Counted from the first letter of the stretch, positions 23,425-36,943 are shown. The stretch is 46,728 nt of DNA from Octopus bimaculoides (GCF_001194135.2 NC_068989.1:36872774-36919501), one strand, 5' to 3'. Program-made: numbers and translations. Notes: generated from the letters alone by a model not told the origin.

Positions 23425-23615
23425 ATTGGTTTCAAATTTTAGCACAAGACCAGCAATTACATCGATTACACCGACCCAAATGCTCAGCTGCTACTTATTT
23501 TATCGACCCCGAAAGTATGAGCGGCAACGTGGATCTTGTCGGAATTTGAACTCGGGATGTAAAGACGGACGAAATGCCACTACGCATTTTGCTCGGCGTG
23601 CTAACGATTCAGTCA
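23425..23615 (-). mobile_element. SINE family C copy
   Basis: ATTGGTTTCAAATTTTAGCACAAG...CGACCCCGAAAG...GCGTGCTAACGATTC. Confidence 0.8.
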
Positions 23616-23713
23616 AAAGATAACTCTCTTCCAAAATATAACATTGTGTTGTCAGAATCTCTTTCAACAATATATTTGTTGCAACGCAGTTTGACTTCTA
23701 AATATTTCTAGCA

Positions 23714-23900
23714 CATACATACATACATACATACATACATACATACATACATACATACACACACACATACACACATACATACATGCATACATACATACAT
23801 ACATACATACATACGTACGTACGTACGTACATGCATACATACATACATACATAAATACATACATACACACACATATTTGCATGTGTGTGTGTGTGTGTGT
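23714..23900. repeat. (TACA)n / (TACG)n / (TG)n microsatellite
   Basis: Direct reading. Confidence 0.95.
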
Positions 23901-24699
23901 ATGTATTATTCATAACCAACCTATCAACAATGTATTATAGTTGTCTCCATAATTATTTTATAGCAATTTAAGTTTTATTAACGCGCGTCTGTGTTTTACT
24001 AGGAACATAATTATAATTTATTATTTAAGTTTTACAAAAAATTATTGATTGAACGTTCACAGCAGTGATATGAATCTTTGTAATAAAACCTTGAAAAAAA
24101 AAAAAAAGCCAAAAAGAAGTAGACATATAGACTGTAAAATAAATACATAAATATAAAGAATTTTATGAATAATTGCATATGGAAACAAAACTGTCTGTTG
24201 GTACTTCTATTTGATATTTATTTAATTTTAACTTTCACTAATATAAAATAGTATTTCTTTATGCCTTTATGTTGATTTATCCAGAATTACACTAATCAGC
24301 GATGTATTACATAGTTTGTTTTTCAAGATTAAATAAATATCTAATTCATAATGGTTGGACTGAAACAACCAAGTAAATCCATGTTTACGTTAATGGGGAC
24401 AATGTCTGGCATTGTTACAAGACTACAGATTTAGTACTCAGTAATGAGGAAAGGGTTTATAGTCAATTAAATGGATCGCAGTATATTACTGGTATGTGTC
24501 ACATGCTCGGTCGACCTGTTAGAAATTACTGCCAAATATCTCTAAAGGTACCCCCTACCATCTTAAAAATGAAGGACATAAAATATAATGTAGATTAAGA
24601 TACGTGAGTGGGCTGACTATGAAGGAGTCATGCTGGAGCTGTGAAATCTTGCATGCATTAATTTCGACCCTTCTTATTAATAACTGTATTGCTTCTGTC

Positions 24700-25868
24700 T
24701 AGGTAAACTGACATCTGACTGTTCAAAGAAGACTTCAAACGAAACTAGTTGCGACTTCTCTTGAAAATGGACAAGATTTGGCCTCATTGTGCTATCAAGT
24801 ACCTGCAGAAAAAGGGTTTAGCCCCACCGCCAAGGACATTCATGCTGACATGGTTGCTACATCAGGGGATGCTGCTCCAGTTTATCAGCAGTGTAGAAGT
24901 GGGCAGCTGAATTTAGGAGGGGAACAAAGAGTCTTGAAGATAACCAAAGGTCTGAACGTCCTGCAACTATCACCACCAAGGAAAACATTGATCGTGTTCA
25001 CCACATGCGATGGATGACAGGTGATTGACTATTAATCAAATAGTCAATCCCATTAGTATATCCTGAGAATTGAGAATATTCTGCCCAATGAAATTGGCAT
25101 GACGAAGGTTTCTGCTCGGTGGGCATTACGTCTTTAGATACCTGATCAAAAGTGCACCAGTCTGATCTCTTCACGGGAAAACCTGACACTGTCTGAGACA
25201 GATCTAGCTGGGTTTCTTGAACGTTTCCTTATCCAGGATGAATGGTGGACTCATAACTTTGAGCCAGAGACAGACATTCCATGCAGTAGAAACACCTATC
25301 CTCACTGGCTCCAAAGAAGGCCAAGATCGTTTAACCTGCGGAGAAGGTGATAACCAGTTTCTTAGGGATGCAAACGGCCTCCTTTCTATGGGCTATTTTC
25401 AAAAGAGCCACACCATCAATGGAGAGTACAATCCCAACTTACTGAGGCAGTTACGAAAGGCTATGAAGAGCAAACGCCCAGGAAAACTGACGAAAGGGGT
25501 CTTGTTTCATGAGGACAATGCTCCGGCATACAAGTCCTTTGCTTCAATGATGGCTGTGCATGACTGTGGCTTTGAATTGGTTGACCACTGTCCCTCTTCT
25601 CCTGATTTCGCCCCATCTGACTATCATCTGTTCCCCAACAGCAATAAAACACTTGACTGGAAATCAATATCGCAGTGATAATGACGTCATATCTGCTGTT
25701 GTTGACTTTTTCGAGCAACAGGATGAAAGCTTCTTCACTAATAGGATCCAAGTCCCGATGGAAGAAGTGTGTGAACCGCAAGGGAGACTATGTTGAAAAA
25801 TGAACCTCATTTGGTCACATTTTATGAGAGAACCTTCGCCTGTCTATGAATTTTTCACTCGGCCCCTA
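24700..25868 (+). mobile_element. Mariner (DD34D-type) transposon, decayed transposase; left terminus not clearly retained
   Basis: ATG at 24767: MDKIWPHCAIKYLQKKGL...KDIHADMVAT; VSARWALRL (WVPxL box); TINGEY..LLRQLRKAMKSKRPGKLTKGVLFHEDNAPAY; SPDFAPSDYHLFP; right end GGAGACTATGTTGAAAAATGA...GGCCCC. Confidence 0.9.
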
Positions 25869-26054
25869 GAACTAGAACTATAGAACTTAAAAACCATAAA
25901 ACATTAAGACGAATTAGCGGACTACTTCAAACACACATGTGTAACGTACATGAATATACACGCATAGATATATACAACAAGTTTCAGTAGTTTTTTTTTT
26001 ATTTTACCAAATTTCACGCTCAAAGAATTGGTCAACATGTGACTATGATATATT

Positions 26055-26985
26055 GGTTCCAAATTTTGGCTCAAGGCCAGCGACTTTTTAGGGAAGGGGT
26101 AAGTCGATTACATTGACTCTAATGTTCAACAGGCATTTATTTTATCGGCCCCGAAAGGATTAAAGGGATCTTTGTGATTTTCGTCACTGATTATAATTAT
26201 CTTAAAAAATATTTTTAAATGTAATTTAAATGTAATTTTTAGATGTAATTTCTGACGCTGAATCCGAATTTGTTATTCATTTATTCCAGAAAAATTTTGC
26301 AAAAATGTTACAGGTGTTCAAAGTTTGATAATTTTCAGTATTTTCAGCCAATCAGAAAACAGCACGTTCGCTGCCTCTTCCATCATCAGGTGGGTAGGTG
26401 GGGGTCAGAACATTGCTAGAAATAACAGTTAAAACATTAGAATATACACGATCAAAGTTAACATTAAAACATTCGCGAGCAAATTAAATATTTAAAAGCT
26501 ACGAACAAACAAACCAATAGGAGTTGCTAGAAATAACAGCCAAGACATTGTCTAAAACAGACATTTATTAGTTAAAAAATTCAAGAACGAAAGTTTGCAA
26601 CACACTCTAGGATTTTATAAAATAAATTATCTTTCTCGTATCGCCTTCTCCTCATTTTGCGCATGCGCAGCATCTTTGGTTACTATGGAAGCAGAATTTT
26701 TTGCCACGGGTATGTGTAAAACACTCGCTTCTGATTGGCTAAATTACCCAAATTTTGCAAATTTTAAAGGCAAATAACTTTTTGATTATGAATTTAAAAG
26801 AAAAATGAATTTCATTTTCATAAATTGGAACAAAATTGTAAACAGTGACGAAGAACACAATGATCCGATGTAAGGAAAAGTCCACCTCAGCGGAATTTGA
26901 ACTCAGAACGTAAAGACAGACGAAATGCTGTTAAGAATTTTGCCTGGCGTGCTAACGATTCTGCCTGCTCGCTACCTTACGTGTG
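26055..26985 (-). mobile_element. SINE family C split by a MITE insertion
   Basis: The left half ends CCCCGAAAGGAT (about 26160) and the right half resumes AGGAAAAGTCCACCTCAGCGGAATTTGAACTCAGAACG (about 26872). Confidence 0.8.
26161..26870. mobile_element. MITE of about 710 bp with imperfect TIRs and subterminal inverted motifs
   Basis: GGATCTTTGTGATTTTCGTCACTGATTATAATT versus AATTGTAAACAGTGACGAAGAACACAATGATCC; internal AGCCAATCAGAA / TTCTGATTGGCT. Confidence 0.75.
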
Positions 26986-28324
26986 ACAATGATATATTGG
27001 AACTTGCCCATAGTACCGTGCACTGAGATCAAACCCGGACCAAAGTTGTTGCTAAGAAAATTTCTTTATGACGGAATAGTAGACACATAGAATACCAGAC
27101 TCTGCAGTATTTATTTACATTACATCATTTTTCCGTGTTCAAATCCTGCCTGTCGCCTTTCTGAGGGTTGGTAAAATATTTTTAAGTATCGGTGAAATAC
27201 TAGAGTCAATTTAACCCACACTATCCTCTCTACCTCATATGTCCCTGGTTTTAAAACTATGTATTTCTTGTTCTTATAATATGTTATTATGTAAGAAATG
27301 ATATTTCGGCAAAGACCGTTACGGTTTCAATTCACGAACAAAGCTACCTAGTTTTATTTTTAGTCACTTCATGCTTTTACTAAAATTATGAACGCCTTAA
27401 CTTCCCTTTTCTCTTCCTCCCATTAAAATATGGTTTGCGTTTATTCAAACGAAACCATTATTTCGTATGTCTCTATTTTACATGTAGAATTGTTTACAAC
27501 AGCAGCAGCAACAACAACAACAGTCGCAGCAACAATAACAATAACCTGACAAACAACAACGACAACAACATCGATAATAAATAACTATGCTAAACTAAAA
27601 CTAAAAAGTCGTTGACCTAGGTTTGACCTTCTCAATATGGACCTGAGAGCTACGAAATTAGTTTACCATTCTTTTGAAAATCTCATTTAACATTCGATGT
27701 AGCAAATTGTACGGTGATTTGATGCAACTATGCAATAAAAATTAAAGTAAATAAAAAATAATTATTTAGTCTGTGTAAAAATATTTTATTACAGATTTAT
27801 ATATGTTTTTTATTTAATAAAAAAATAATTTTCTAATTTGAAACAGTTTATAAACAAACAGAGTCTCTTTACAGTGTTTTGATGTGTAAACTAACATCAA
27901 ACATGCAGTTAAAGGGAATATAATTAATTTTAGTGAGCAGAGGTAAGATAAAGTGCAAACGAAATCCGCTATAAGATTTCGATTCCAGATTGAATTAACT
28001 TCATTCTCTTTGATGCGAAATGAATTTCATAACACTTCTCTTTCATTTTTCCAAGATTCAGAGCCCCTTTATCTACAGAAAATGACTGGAAATAACAGCG
28101 AGCTCCAGTGTATGTCCTGTTAAAGAGTGGTTAGGCTATTAGTGTGGTGAACTCTAGTGACTCCGCCATCCATCACGTTATGGTATTAACGGTTTCTTAC
28201 GTTGTGACCGAGCGATGTTGGTTTGCTTTATAACAAGGTGTTTGTTTCTGATTAAAAAAAAGCGGAGGTGTGGCAGAAATGATAGATTAACGGATTATCT
28301 CTAAGTTTTTACTAGAATAAGTAT

Positions 28325-28700
28325 AAGGTCTGACATTTTTGGGGAGGGGTTTAGCTGATTACATCGACACCCAGTGCTCAACTGGTATTCATTGTATCGG
28401 GGATGACATTTGAACGCAGAACGTAAAGCTCCGGAAGAAATGTCGCTTAGAATTTTGTCCGGCGTGGTAACAATTCTATTAGCTCACCACCTTATTTTTT
28501 AATATTGGTTTCAAATTTTGGCACAAGGTCAGCAGTTTCGGGGTTGGGAATAACTAAGTGCTCAACTTATTTTATCGACACCAAAAGGATGAAAAGCAAA
28601 ATCGACCTCGGTGGAAGTTGAACTCAGATCGTAAAGACTAGCGAAATGCCACCAAGCAGTGGGTCCAGTGGGCTAACGATCCTGCCGGCTCGCCGTCTTC
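28325..28700 (-). mobile_element. Two tandem SINE family C copies (about 28325-28475 and 28503-28700)
   Basis: Both contain the reverse-complement core; the second ends GCCGGCTCGCCGTC. Confidence 0.75.
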
Positions 28701-29559
28701 TTATTGCTTAACATTAATAATCGTTATAAATGTTGGTAGTCAGGCTGGATGATTTCTTCCAGTCACGCTTTACATTTGTATAGAGAGAGGGGGAGAGAAA
28801 GAAGAGAGATAAGGGAGAGTTAACATAAGAGGTACAAGTTGAATATATATGTGAGGTTTGGTGGCAGACAATGAGTAAAGGAACGCTACACATATACAAC
28901 GAGAGAAAAAGATTCATAGAGTTAGAATCGGAGTCAGAGTCGGAGAAGGAAGAAATGATTGAGTCGCTATGGGAGGAGTTACACAAATTTGAAGTTTGTT
29001 TTATTTAAATTTATATTAAAGTAATATAAATCTTTTTCTTTCGAAAATTAATAATCATTTCATCATTTTGTAGAAGCACCAAGACATTTGATAAAAGTTA
29101 AAGAATGCCTTCTTGCCTGATTTTTCTCATGCTGGCAAAAGTACACTTCAAGTGTTACCTATCATATGACGAGTAATACTCAAGTATATCTTACTCTTGT
29201 GAAAGATAAGTTTATATGTGTATCTGTGATATGGTCTAAATTCTCGGCTACAAGTTTTTGATTTCAGTTCTGTTGCTAAATTTCTCGGGAAAAGCATGAC
29301 GCCACAACACTACATTTACTCTGCCATTGAAACTGGAGTCATCGAATCAAATTGGAAGACATCGATGTCGTACTTTGGGACGAGATGGTAGACTATGCAG
29401 AAAAGTAAATAGTTTTCTCTCCTCCACATTCCGAATTCGAGTACAACTGACGTCATCACTAACTTTCTGCAGTAACAAAACATAGCGGTAATACAGTGAG
29501 TTTAGCCAACTACTTCTGTTGCTTCCTTGTCACCACACAAAATGAGTTTTTCTGATATA

Positions 29560-30060
29560 GACACAAGTCCATATATTTGATGGAGGGAGAAATCGATTAC
29601 ATCGACCCCAGTACTTGGATGGTACTTTATTTTATCGATCCTGAAGGGATGAAAGACGAAGTCAGCCTCGGTGGAATTTTAACTCACAAAAAGTCATTAA
29701 TAGTGAAAAGGACTTGGATTTAGTATTTTTTTCTTGTTAAAACTAACGCTTAATTCATAACATCGCTAGATGGTACAAATTAAGCATCAAATATTCCGTT
29801 AAGCATTTTGTCAGTCTGCAAACGACTCTGCCAGCAGACTGCCTTCGTGGTTTCAAATTTTGGCCAAGGACAAGAGTTTCGAGGGAGGATTTAAGTCGAT
29901 ACATTGACCCCAATGCTCAACTGCTGCTTATTTTACCGACTCCAAACGGATGAAAGGCAAAATCGACCTCGGCGGAATCTGAACTCAGAATGTAAAGACA
30001 GACGAAATGCTGTTAAGCAGTTTGTCCGGCTTGTTAACGATTCTGTTAGCTCTCCGCCTA
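29560..30060 (-). mobile_element. SINE family C copies and fragments (about 29560-29690 and 29790-30060)
   Basis: GGATGAAAGGCAAAATCGACCTCGGCGGAATCTGAACTCAGAATGTAAAGACAGACGAAATGC. Confidence 0.75.
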
Positions 30061-30089
30061 TTGGACTGGAATATTACACAGCGTTGTGG

Positions 30090-30470
30090 CCGTGAGAAGC
30101 CTGACATTTAAAGGTAGTGAAGAGATCATAAGATCTAAGCACAATGGGAATTTTAGGGGAATTACGGAACTTCTCCCTATATTCTTTATTTTTTTCTGGA
30201 CGTGGTTTCCACTCTGTCACTTTGCTATTCCATGTATTGTCCTTTCTTCTAAACGCATGTCCCACGAAAAACTGTTTTAAAGTTTTTATTCTCCAGATAA
30301 TGTCCGTTAAATTTGTTGCCACTCTTATCCTGTTGTTTCTCCACTTACCCATTTTCTTTATGTTCAGCATTCTCCTTTCCATGGTTCTTTGTGTTGATCG
30401 TAATTTATTTTCAAAGCTCTTGTTGACAGTTCATGTTTCGGATGCATACGAAATGGAGAGAAGACCTTCT
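30090..30470 (-). mobile_element. RTE-clade LINE C-terminal fragment
   Basis: ISYASET*TVNK...STQRTMERRMLNI..W.NNRIRVATNLTDII..IKTLK..FVGHAFRRKDNTWNSKVTEWKPR. Confidence 0.75.
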
Positions 30471-30619
30471 AGAAATTGGAATGAAGACTTTGTTAAATTC
30501 TTCGGCACCCAAACATAGATGAGGAAAACATCAGACCGTGGTTGGTGGAGAGAACGTGCTGAAGCAGTGGACAGAACATGTATAAGGATGTTGATGTATC
30601 TTGTATAAGGCTGTAACAT

Positions 30620-31270
30620 AACATAACGGAATTTATTGCACAATTTGATCCATTTCTAATGGGTCACTTGAAAGCTTTTGGCAATCTTGGAAGTGGTAAG
30701 CATTACTTATCACTACCATCTACGAAGGAATTGTTCTGTTGAATGCAAAATATATGAATCATATCGTAGCAGAACTTAAAACTGCCAAGTATTTCCCAGT
30801 TTCTGTATATTTAACTCCAGACTTCACTTATGTTGATTAGCTAACTATTGTGCGTTATGCTGTTTCCGGGAAGCCGATAGAAAGGTTTTAAACTTTACTG
30901 CAGACTGGTTCCTCTAAAGCAGAAACACTAGCCACATCTGAGTTAGAATTTCTTAAGAAATAGGGTACAAAGTTTGAAGACTGTAGAGTGAGACCCATGA
31001 CAACACCAGTAATATACCACGACACAGAACTTAAGGAAAACAATTTGGCTGCAATTTTCGTTCTCTCTGCTGCTCATTCACTGAATCTTGTTGGACATGC
31101 TATTGCTTCTTGCTGTATTGAAGCTTCGTACAAATAGTATACACTTTTTTTCTGCGTTGATACACAAATGGGCAAATTTAATGAAATCTTTGGAAGAAAA
31201 TAACAGAGAACTAACTTTGAAATCATTTTGTGAGAGAGGCTGGTATTTTGGATTCAATTAAGATGTACTG
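30620..31270 (+). mobile_element. hAT (ZMYM1-like / DUF4371-type) transposase fragment, heavily decayed
   Basis: FIAQFDPFLMGHL..FGN; IVAELKTAKYF.VSV..TPD...VD*LTIVRYA; KPIERF; FEDCR; AAHSLNLVG...SCC.EA. Confidence 0.7.
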
Positions 31271-31892
31271 TCAGTGACGTCCTTGGATTTATTCATATAT
31301 TTCAACGTTTTTACTGATTTCTTTTTAAAATCCACCTGTTTACGACCAGGAACTTATAGTAGTAGATATTTCCGAAATAACAACAAAGATAGCTGAAAGT
31401 TGGTGGCCATAAACAAATTCAATATCAAGTTGAGGAATAACACTGGCGACAGGTACAGGTACTAAATCGCTATTATCAGAGAAATGTTTTTGTGAATGTA
31501 ACACGAAAATAACAATAACAACAAGTTGGTAGGCTAACGATGATGAAAAATATAGAAAAAAGAAAGAAAAGATAAGGTTTAATAGAAAATAAAAAAATTT
31601 GAACAAGTCATATTCCAAAGTCGAAAGAAAGAAAAACAGTTTTTATCTGTGGAGTGATAAAACGCGAAAGAGAAAATTAAAAAAAATTAAAACAGTAAAT
31701 CAAAAGTAAAAATTTTGGAAGCCAGTCTTACCTCTTTTTTTGTAAATATGACCAACGTACCAAATGACTACCGAAATTTAGGGAGTGAGTGCGTGTATGT
31801 ATGTATGTATGTATGTATGTATGTATGTATGCGCGTTTTAATCGCAAGTACAAAAACTTAAAATTGACGGGTCTTCGTAGGGACAAACAATT

Positions 31893-31956
<64 letters not shown>

Positions 31957-32326
31957 AATAAAAATAGATACATAAAAAGTACTGAATTCTTTTTCAGGAA
32001 CCTTTCGTTTTTCTTACTTTTGCTTTTCGTTGTCATTCTTTTCTCCTCCTATGTGCTCGATTATTCCCAAGTGATTTAAAGCTACATTTGCGCANNNNNN
32101 NNNNNNNNNNNNNNNNNNNNNNNNNNNNNNNNNNNNNNNNNNNNNNNNNNNNNNNNNNNNNNNNNNNNNNNNNNNNNNNNNNNNNNNNNNNNNNNNNNNN
32201 NNNNNNNNNNNNNNNNNNNNNNNNNNNNNNNNNNNNNNNNNNNNNNNNNNNNNNNNNNNNNNNNNNNNNNNNNNNNNNNNNNNNNNNNNNNNNNNNNNNN
32301 NNNNNNNNNNNNNNNNNNNNNNNNNN

Positions 32327-34017
32327 NGAATTTAACCCGAATCCCATCCTGGTCATACAGTATGTCCGACCCTTATACTTTACTATCTGGTGTCTCCACA
32401 GTCTCTCAGCCACATGCAGCTGCAGGTGTGCCGACTTCAAATCGACGATTGTGTAGGTCCCTGTCATCTGCTTCCACTCTCAAGGTTTCGCAGCAAATGT
32501 CCGTAGCTTCGCCGCCCGTATGGCACAATACGTGGTTGTTCAGCTCTCGGAAATCTAATACTGGCCTGACTTTATGCTTCGTCGGCTGCACCATTGCCAT
32601 CAGTGGTAGCACTCCACTCTCCACTACCTCCTTCCAAGGGATCAGAATACCTTCCTCGATCTACCGTTCCACCGCTTCCTCGAACTCGCTTCTGGCACCC
32701 TCTTTCAGGGTATGCTGATAGTAGCCTACTGCGTTTTTCAACGTCGGAGGATCTCCCTTTTAGTACCATTCCAATGTCCACTACCGGCCGTCGAACACAA
32801 CCCGAAAATCCTTGTCTGTAATGGTGTGTGCAGCATATTTTACTTTGCAGCTCTCACCACTCTCCTGTCTCGGATTCATGGCGCATAGCGTCCCCGCATC
32901 ACCGAACGTTACACCGGCTTCATTGACCGTGACACCTCCCAAACGGACAATGACATCCATTCCTATCACCACATCGACTCCGTCCACCATACGGTCGATT
33001 ACGACCGCGCGCAACTTTAATCTCGTTCCCCGTACCACCATCTCTACGTCGCTACTTCCTCTGCATTTAACTTCCATACCGTCAACAGCCCTTACACGAC
33101 TCACTCCACTCCATTCCATTCTTCCACCACCTCCGGAGTCATTAGGGCTGTTGAGCAGCCTGTGTCGACGAGGGCTCGTGAAACCTTTCTGTTCACCACG
33201 ACATCTATTACTGGCAATGACTGTATACGCGCCTCTCTTCTTTCGACAGGACGACTACCGGCGCAATAGTCTCCCTAAGACCGTTTCCCTGAATGCATTC
33301 ACTAGCAATGTGGCCTATTTGTCTGCATCGATAGTAAATTACTCCAGGCCTGGGTTCCTTGCAGTCTCTCACCATGTGCGAACCCTGACACCGAAAACAC
33401 TGCCCTTTGAAGGGTCGCACACGTTCCTTGTTTGACCCCTCTCCGCCGCTCTTTGACCCCTTCTCGTTGCAGTCGCTGCTAAAGGTGTCATCCTGCAACA
33501 CGAGACGATGGCTCTGGCCCGAGATATTACTTCTCCCATCGCCATGGAGTGAATATTCGGCAGCTTTTGCAGTTCGACCGACACGTGGTCAAGAAATCCT
33601 GTCACAAATGCTAATTTAACTGTTTGTTCCAATGCGTCATCCCTGTATCCCAGGAGTCTGGCTAATCTCCAGATTTCATTGGCAAACACATCGACCTGTT
33701 CACCCGTCCACTTCGCTTTCCCCAGTCGACCATATGCCATAAATGGCCCTTCTGCAGAAGCCTCCATCAGCCGGCCTTCTGTTTTTTCTGCGCTTAACTG
33801 GTCCTTCTCCTCCATTTCCAGGTATAGCGCCAACGCCGATCCATCAAGGTACAACGGTATGAAACTCGCTAGGTCATCTACACCTTGGAGTCTTGCTACC
33901 AACTTAATTTTTTGCAGTCAAGCGGCGACGTCTCCCTCGCCGCAAAATGGCCTAATCCTCTCGTTCGAAACAAGGATCATACCCATCATTTTTTTTTAGC
34001 CGAAATAGCTTGTGATG
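32327..34017 (-). mobile_element. Ty3/Gypsy LTR retrotransposon internal region (gag, protease, N-terminal RT); both ends fall in gaps; stops and frameshifts
   Basis: Gag IRPFCGEGDVAA*LQKIKLVARLQGVDDLASFIPLYLDGSALALY; knuckles CFRCQGSHMVRDC and YYRCRQIGHIASEC; protease ALVDTGCS (about 33150-33175); RT KVRPVLDFRELN, VDLKSAHLQL, YCMTRMGFGLN. Confidence 0.9.
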
Positions 34018-34779
34018 TGAAGGAAGAAATAGACGGANNNNNNNNNNNNNNNNNNNNNNNNNNNNNNNNNNNNNNNNNNNNNNNNNNNNNNNNNNNNNNN
34101 NNNNNNNNNNNNNNNNNNNNNNNNNNNNNNNNNNNNNNNNNNNNNNNNNNNNNNNNNNNNNNNNNNNNNNNNNNNNNNNNNNNNNNNNNNNNNNNNNNNN
34201 NNNNNNNNNNNNNNNNNNNNNNNNNNNNNNNNNNNNNNNNNNNNNNNNNNNNNNNNNNNNNNNNNNNNNNNNNNNNNNNNNNNNNNNNNNNNNNNNNNNN
34301 NNNNNNNNNNNNNNNNNNNNNNNNNNNNNNNNNNNNNNNNNNNNNNNNNNNNNNNNNNNNNNNNNNNNNNNNNNNNNNNNNNNNNNNNNNNNNNNNNNNN
34401 NNNNNNNNNNNNNNNNNNNNNNNNNNNNNNNNNNNNNNNNNNNNNNATATATATATATATATATATATACATGTGTGGGTGTGTGTGTGTATGTACACAC
34501 ACCCACACCCACACACACATATAGTGAGAGGGGGATAAAATACCCATATATATATATATATATCTGATACATATATATATCTCTGATATCTAGATACATA
34601 TATGCAAACATACATATATAGACAAATGCATATCAACTACACAGCATAGCATAAATTCTTGATTTATGAAAATTGTCTCTGCTTCGCGAGGATGTATCAT
34701 TATTATCAAAGAGCAATTAAGACCAACTCCATTTGAAGAAGGAAGATAATCTCAAGAATCGCCATATGTAGCTGGCTCA

Positions 34780-34990
34780 TGTAAGAGTGTACTTGTCTTG
34801 GATTCTAAGAGAGTAGCTGTTGATATTTAGCCTGACTTTAAAGGAACCGGTCATTGCTCCAAAATATCTGGGTGGCTGTTTGCACCCCACGTCGTTGTTG
34901 TTGGACAACACTAGATCTTCTCCGTAGACCACGACCTCAGTAGAGTTGCATTGGGCACTCACTACGAACCCTACATGAACAGCACTCTGT
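34780..34990 (-). CDS. Candidate host exon or decayed coding fragment (SAVHVGFVVSAQCNSTEVVVYGEDLVLSNNNDVGCKQPPRYFGAMTGSFKVRLNINSYSLRIQDKYTLT*)
   Basis: About 70 open codons of non-repetitive, protein-like sequence after a possible CAG acceptor near 34990. No homology recognised. Confidence 0.2.
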
Positions 34991-35319
34991 GCGGTACTTT
35001 GGGATGATATGTATGTATGTGTGTGTGTATGTATGTATGTATGTATGTATGCATGCATGCATGCATACATGCACATATGTATATACCCAAGCATACATAT
35101 ATATACATACATAAATACATACACACATATATATAATATGTATATTAGAGTAAGTAAAGAAACGAAAGAAAATAGCACTCAACTCAATGAGTAGAATTTA
35201 TATGCATTTCTTAATGACGCTTTCACTCAGCTTCACGTCGTAGGCGTGTAGGAAATGGACGCGGTCTATGTGCCCACGACACAATAAGCCATGTGGAACT
35301 GAGTGAAACTGTTATTAAA

Positions 35320-35384
<65 letters not shown>

Positions 35385-35588
35385 GTCTGTCTGTCTGTCT
35401 GTCTGTCTGTATACCCAGCAATCTATCTACCACTCTTTGTATCTATCCATCTCTATATATATACATGTGTCTATGTGTATATATGTACATACATACTTAC
35501 ATACATGAACGCATATATATTTATATATATAAACAAACACTGAAGAGTTGAGTAAATTGTTATTTTTAGAAATAAAGGGAATATACGC

Positions 35589-35623
<35 letters not shown>

Positions 35624-35624
35624 C

Positions 35625-35970
35625 TTTTACGTGTATTAGTCATTGGCCTGCAGCTATGCAGAGCCACGCCTTGAAGGGTCTTAATCGAACACATTGACCT
35701 CAGTCAGGTACTTATCCTATCAGATACTTTTGTGCTAATTTATGGGGCCGTAAACAAAACAGCACCGGTTGTCAAGTGGTGATAGTGGACAAACACAAAT
35801 ACAAAGGCACACGTGCACACACATACACACACACATACGAGCTTCAGCATAGTTTCCGTCTACCAAATTCTTTCATAAGGCACTCGTCTGCCGAGGTGCC
35901 GCATTGTAGGACTGAAGTCAAGACCATGTGGTTGTAAAGCTTCTTAACTACACAACTATGCCTGCCCATG
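35625..35970 (-). mobile_element. SINE family A copy (diverged)
   Basis: AGTTTCCGTCTACCAAATTC...GACCATGTGGTTG...CTTAACTACACAAC is the reverse complement of the head. Confidence 0.75.
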
Positions 35971-36943
35971 AAATCTCAAATTAAAAAGAAATTACGTTTG
36001 TCATTGTCAGTATTTGACCCTTTGACCATCGACAAAGCTCAAGTGGGACATAGAACTTGCTTAAGGTTTAGTCAGAAAAATATCAGCAGCTGCCATGACC
36101 TTTTGGGCCATTTGTAGAATTTGTAGAATGGTCCAAAATGTAGAATGGAAAAGGGTGGAAAGAAATAGGTATCACAGATTGGTGGGGGAAGGTGAATCGC
36201 ATTAGAAATAGAATTATTCCCCAGGCTGAAGAACCGGTCTTTGTTTTTGATAGAATGGACCTCACTAATGACACATAAGGATTTGATGTATTAGTGGTGC
36301 TAAGCCGAGTGATTTTTAAGGCTTACAGTCACTCAAAGTATAAATACAGACCGCTGCCTAGTTTTGATCCGCCCAATGATATTCACAGTGATTTGGTCGA
36401 CCCAAGACTATAGTTGAAAACGTTTGCCAAAGTTCCAGCGCAGAAGGCTCGAACCCCGAACTCCGAACCTCGAACTAAGTGGTTATAAAACATGCTTCAG
36501 TGAAGTGGTTCACAAATATAGGAATGTTATACCCATACCAAATACCGTAGATCACATTGTAAAGAAGGCCATTCGACTTACAAGAAAAGGCCCATTCAAC
36601 AGCATGCTTCAATTACTTGCTAAAAAAAAAACGTTCGGTTTCCTCCCTTTCCCTATCCACCCGTATCTACTCCCATGAACTAAGCGATTTTATACGCTCT
36701 ACACTGCAAGGTACCCGATCCAGTCATCTCCACTCATTTTATCATCCAGCTGTGTCTCACCTTCCATGTTCTGCATGAAACCCTACATTTAAACATTTTT
36801 CTTCAGAACTGCGAATCACTGGAAATTTTATTTCTTTTCACTGCTATATAAACTCAGATTAAGCGGTAAAAATATTTACATTTACTAAATGGAGTATAAA
36901 AAATATGTGAATGGGATCGCATATTTCAATGTCTTTTCTCAAT

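Noticed and set aside
24601-24625. TACGTGAGTGGGCTGA as the left mariner TIR
   Set aside because: It overlaps a family D SINE fragment, and the match is too weak to separate from chance.
28714-28995. Ser/Asp-rich ORF (minus) and Glu-rich 60-codon frame (plus)
   Set aside because: Low complexity, weak splice signals and no recognisable domain.
8747-34636. Long ORFs in the supplied track that span N-runs (for example 8747-9510, 12647-13247, 15393-15821, 21169-21904, 33885-34636)
   Set aside because: They are open only because NNN translates as X.
36500-36790. Possible decayed LINE endonuclease (ETQLDD) on the minus strand; a similarly weak LINE-like stretch lies at 29060-29520
   Set aside because: Too few conserved motifs survive to make a call by eye.
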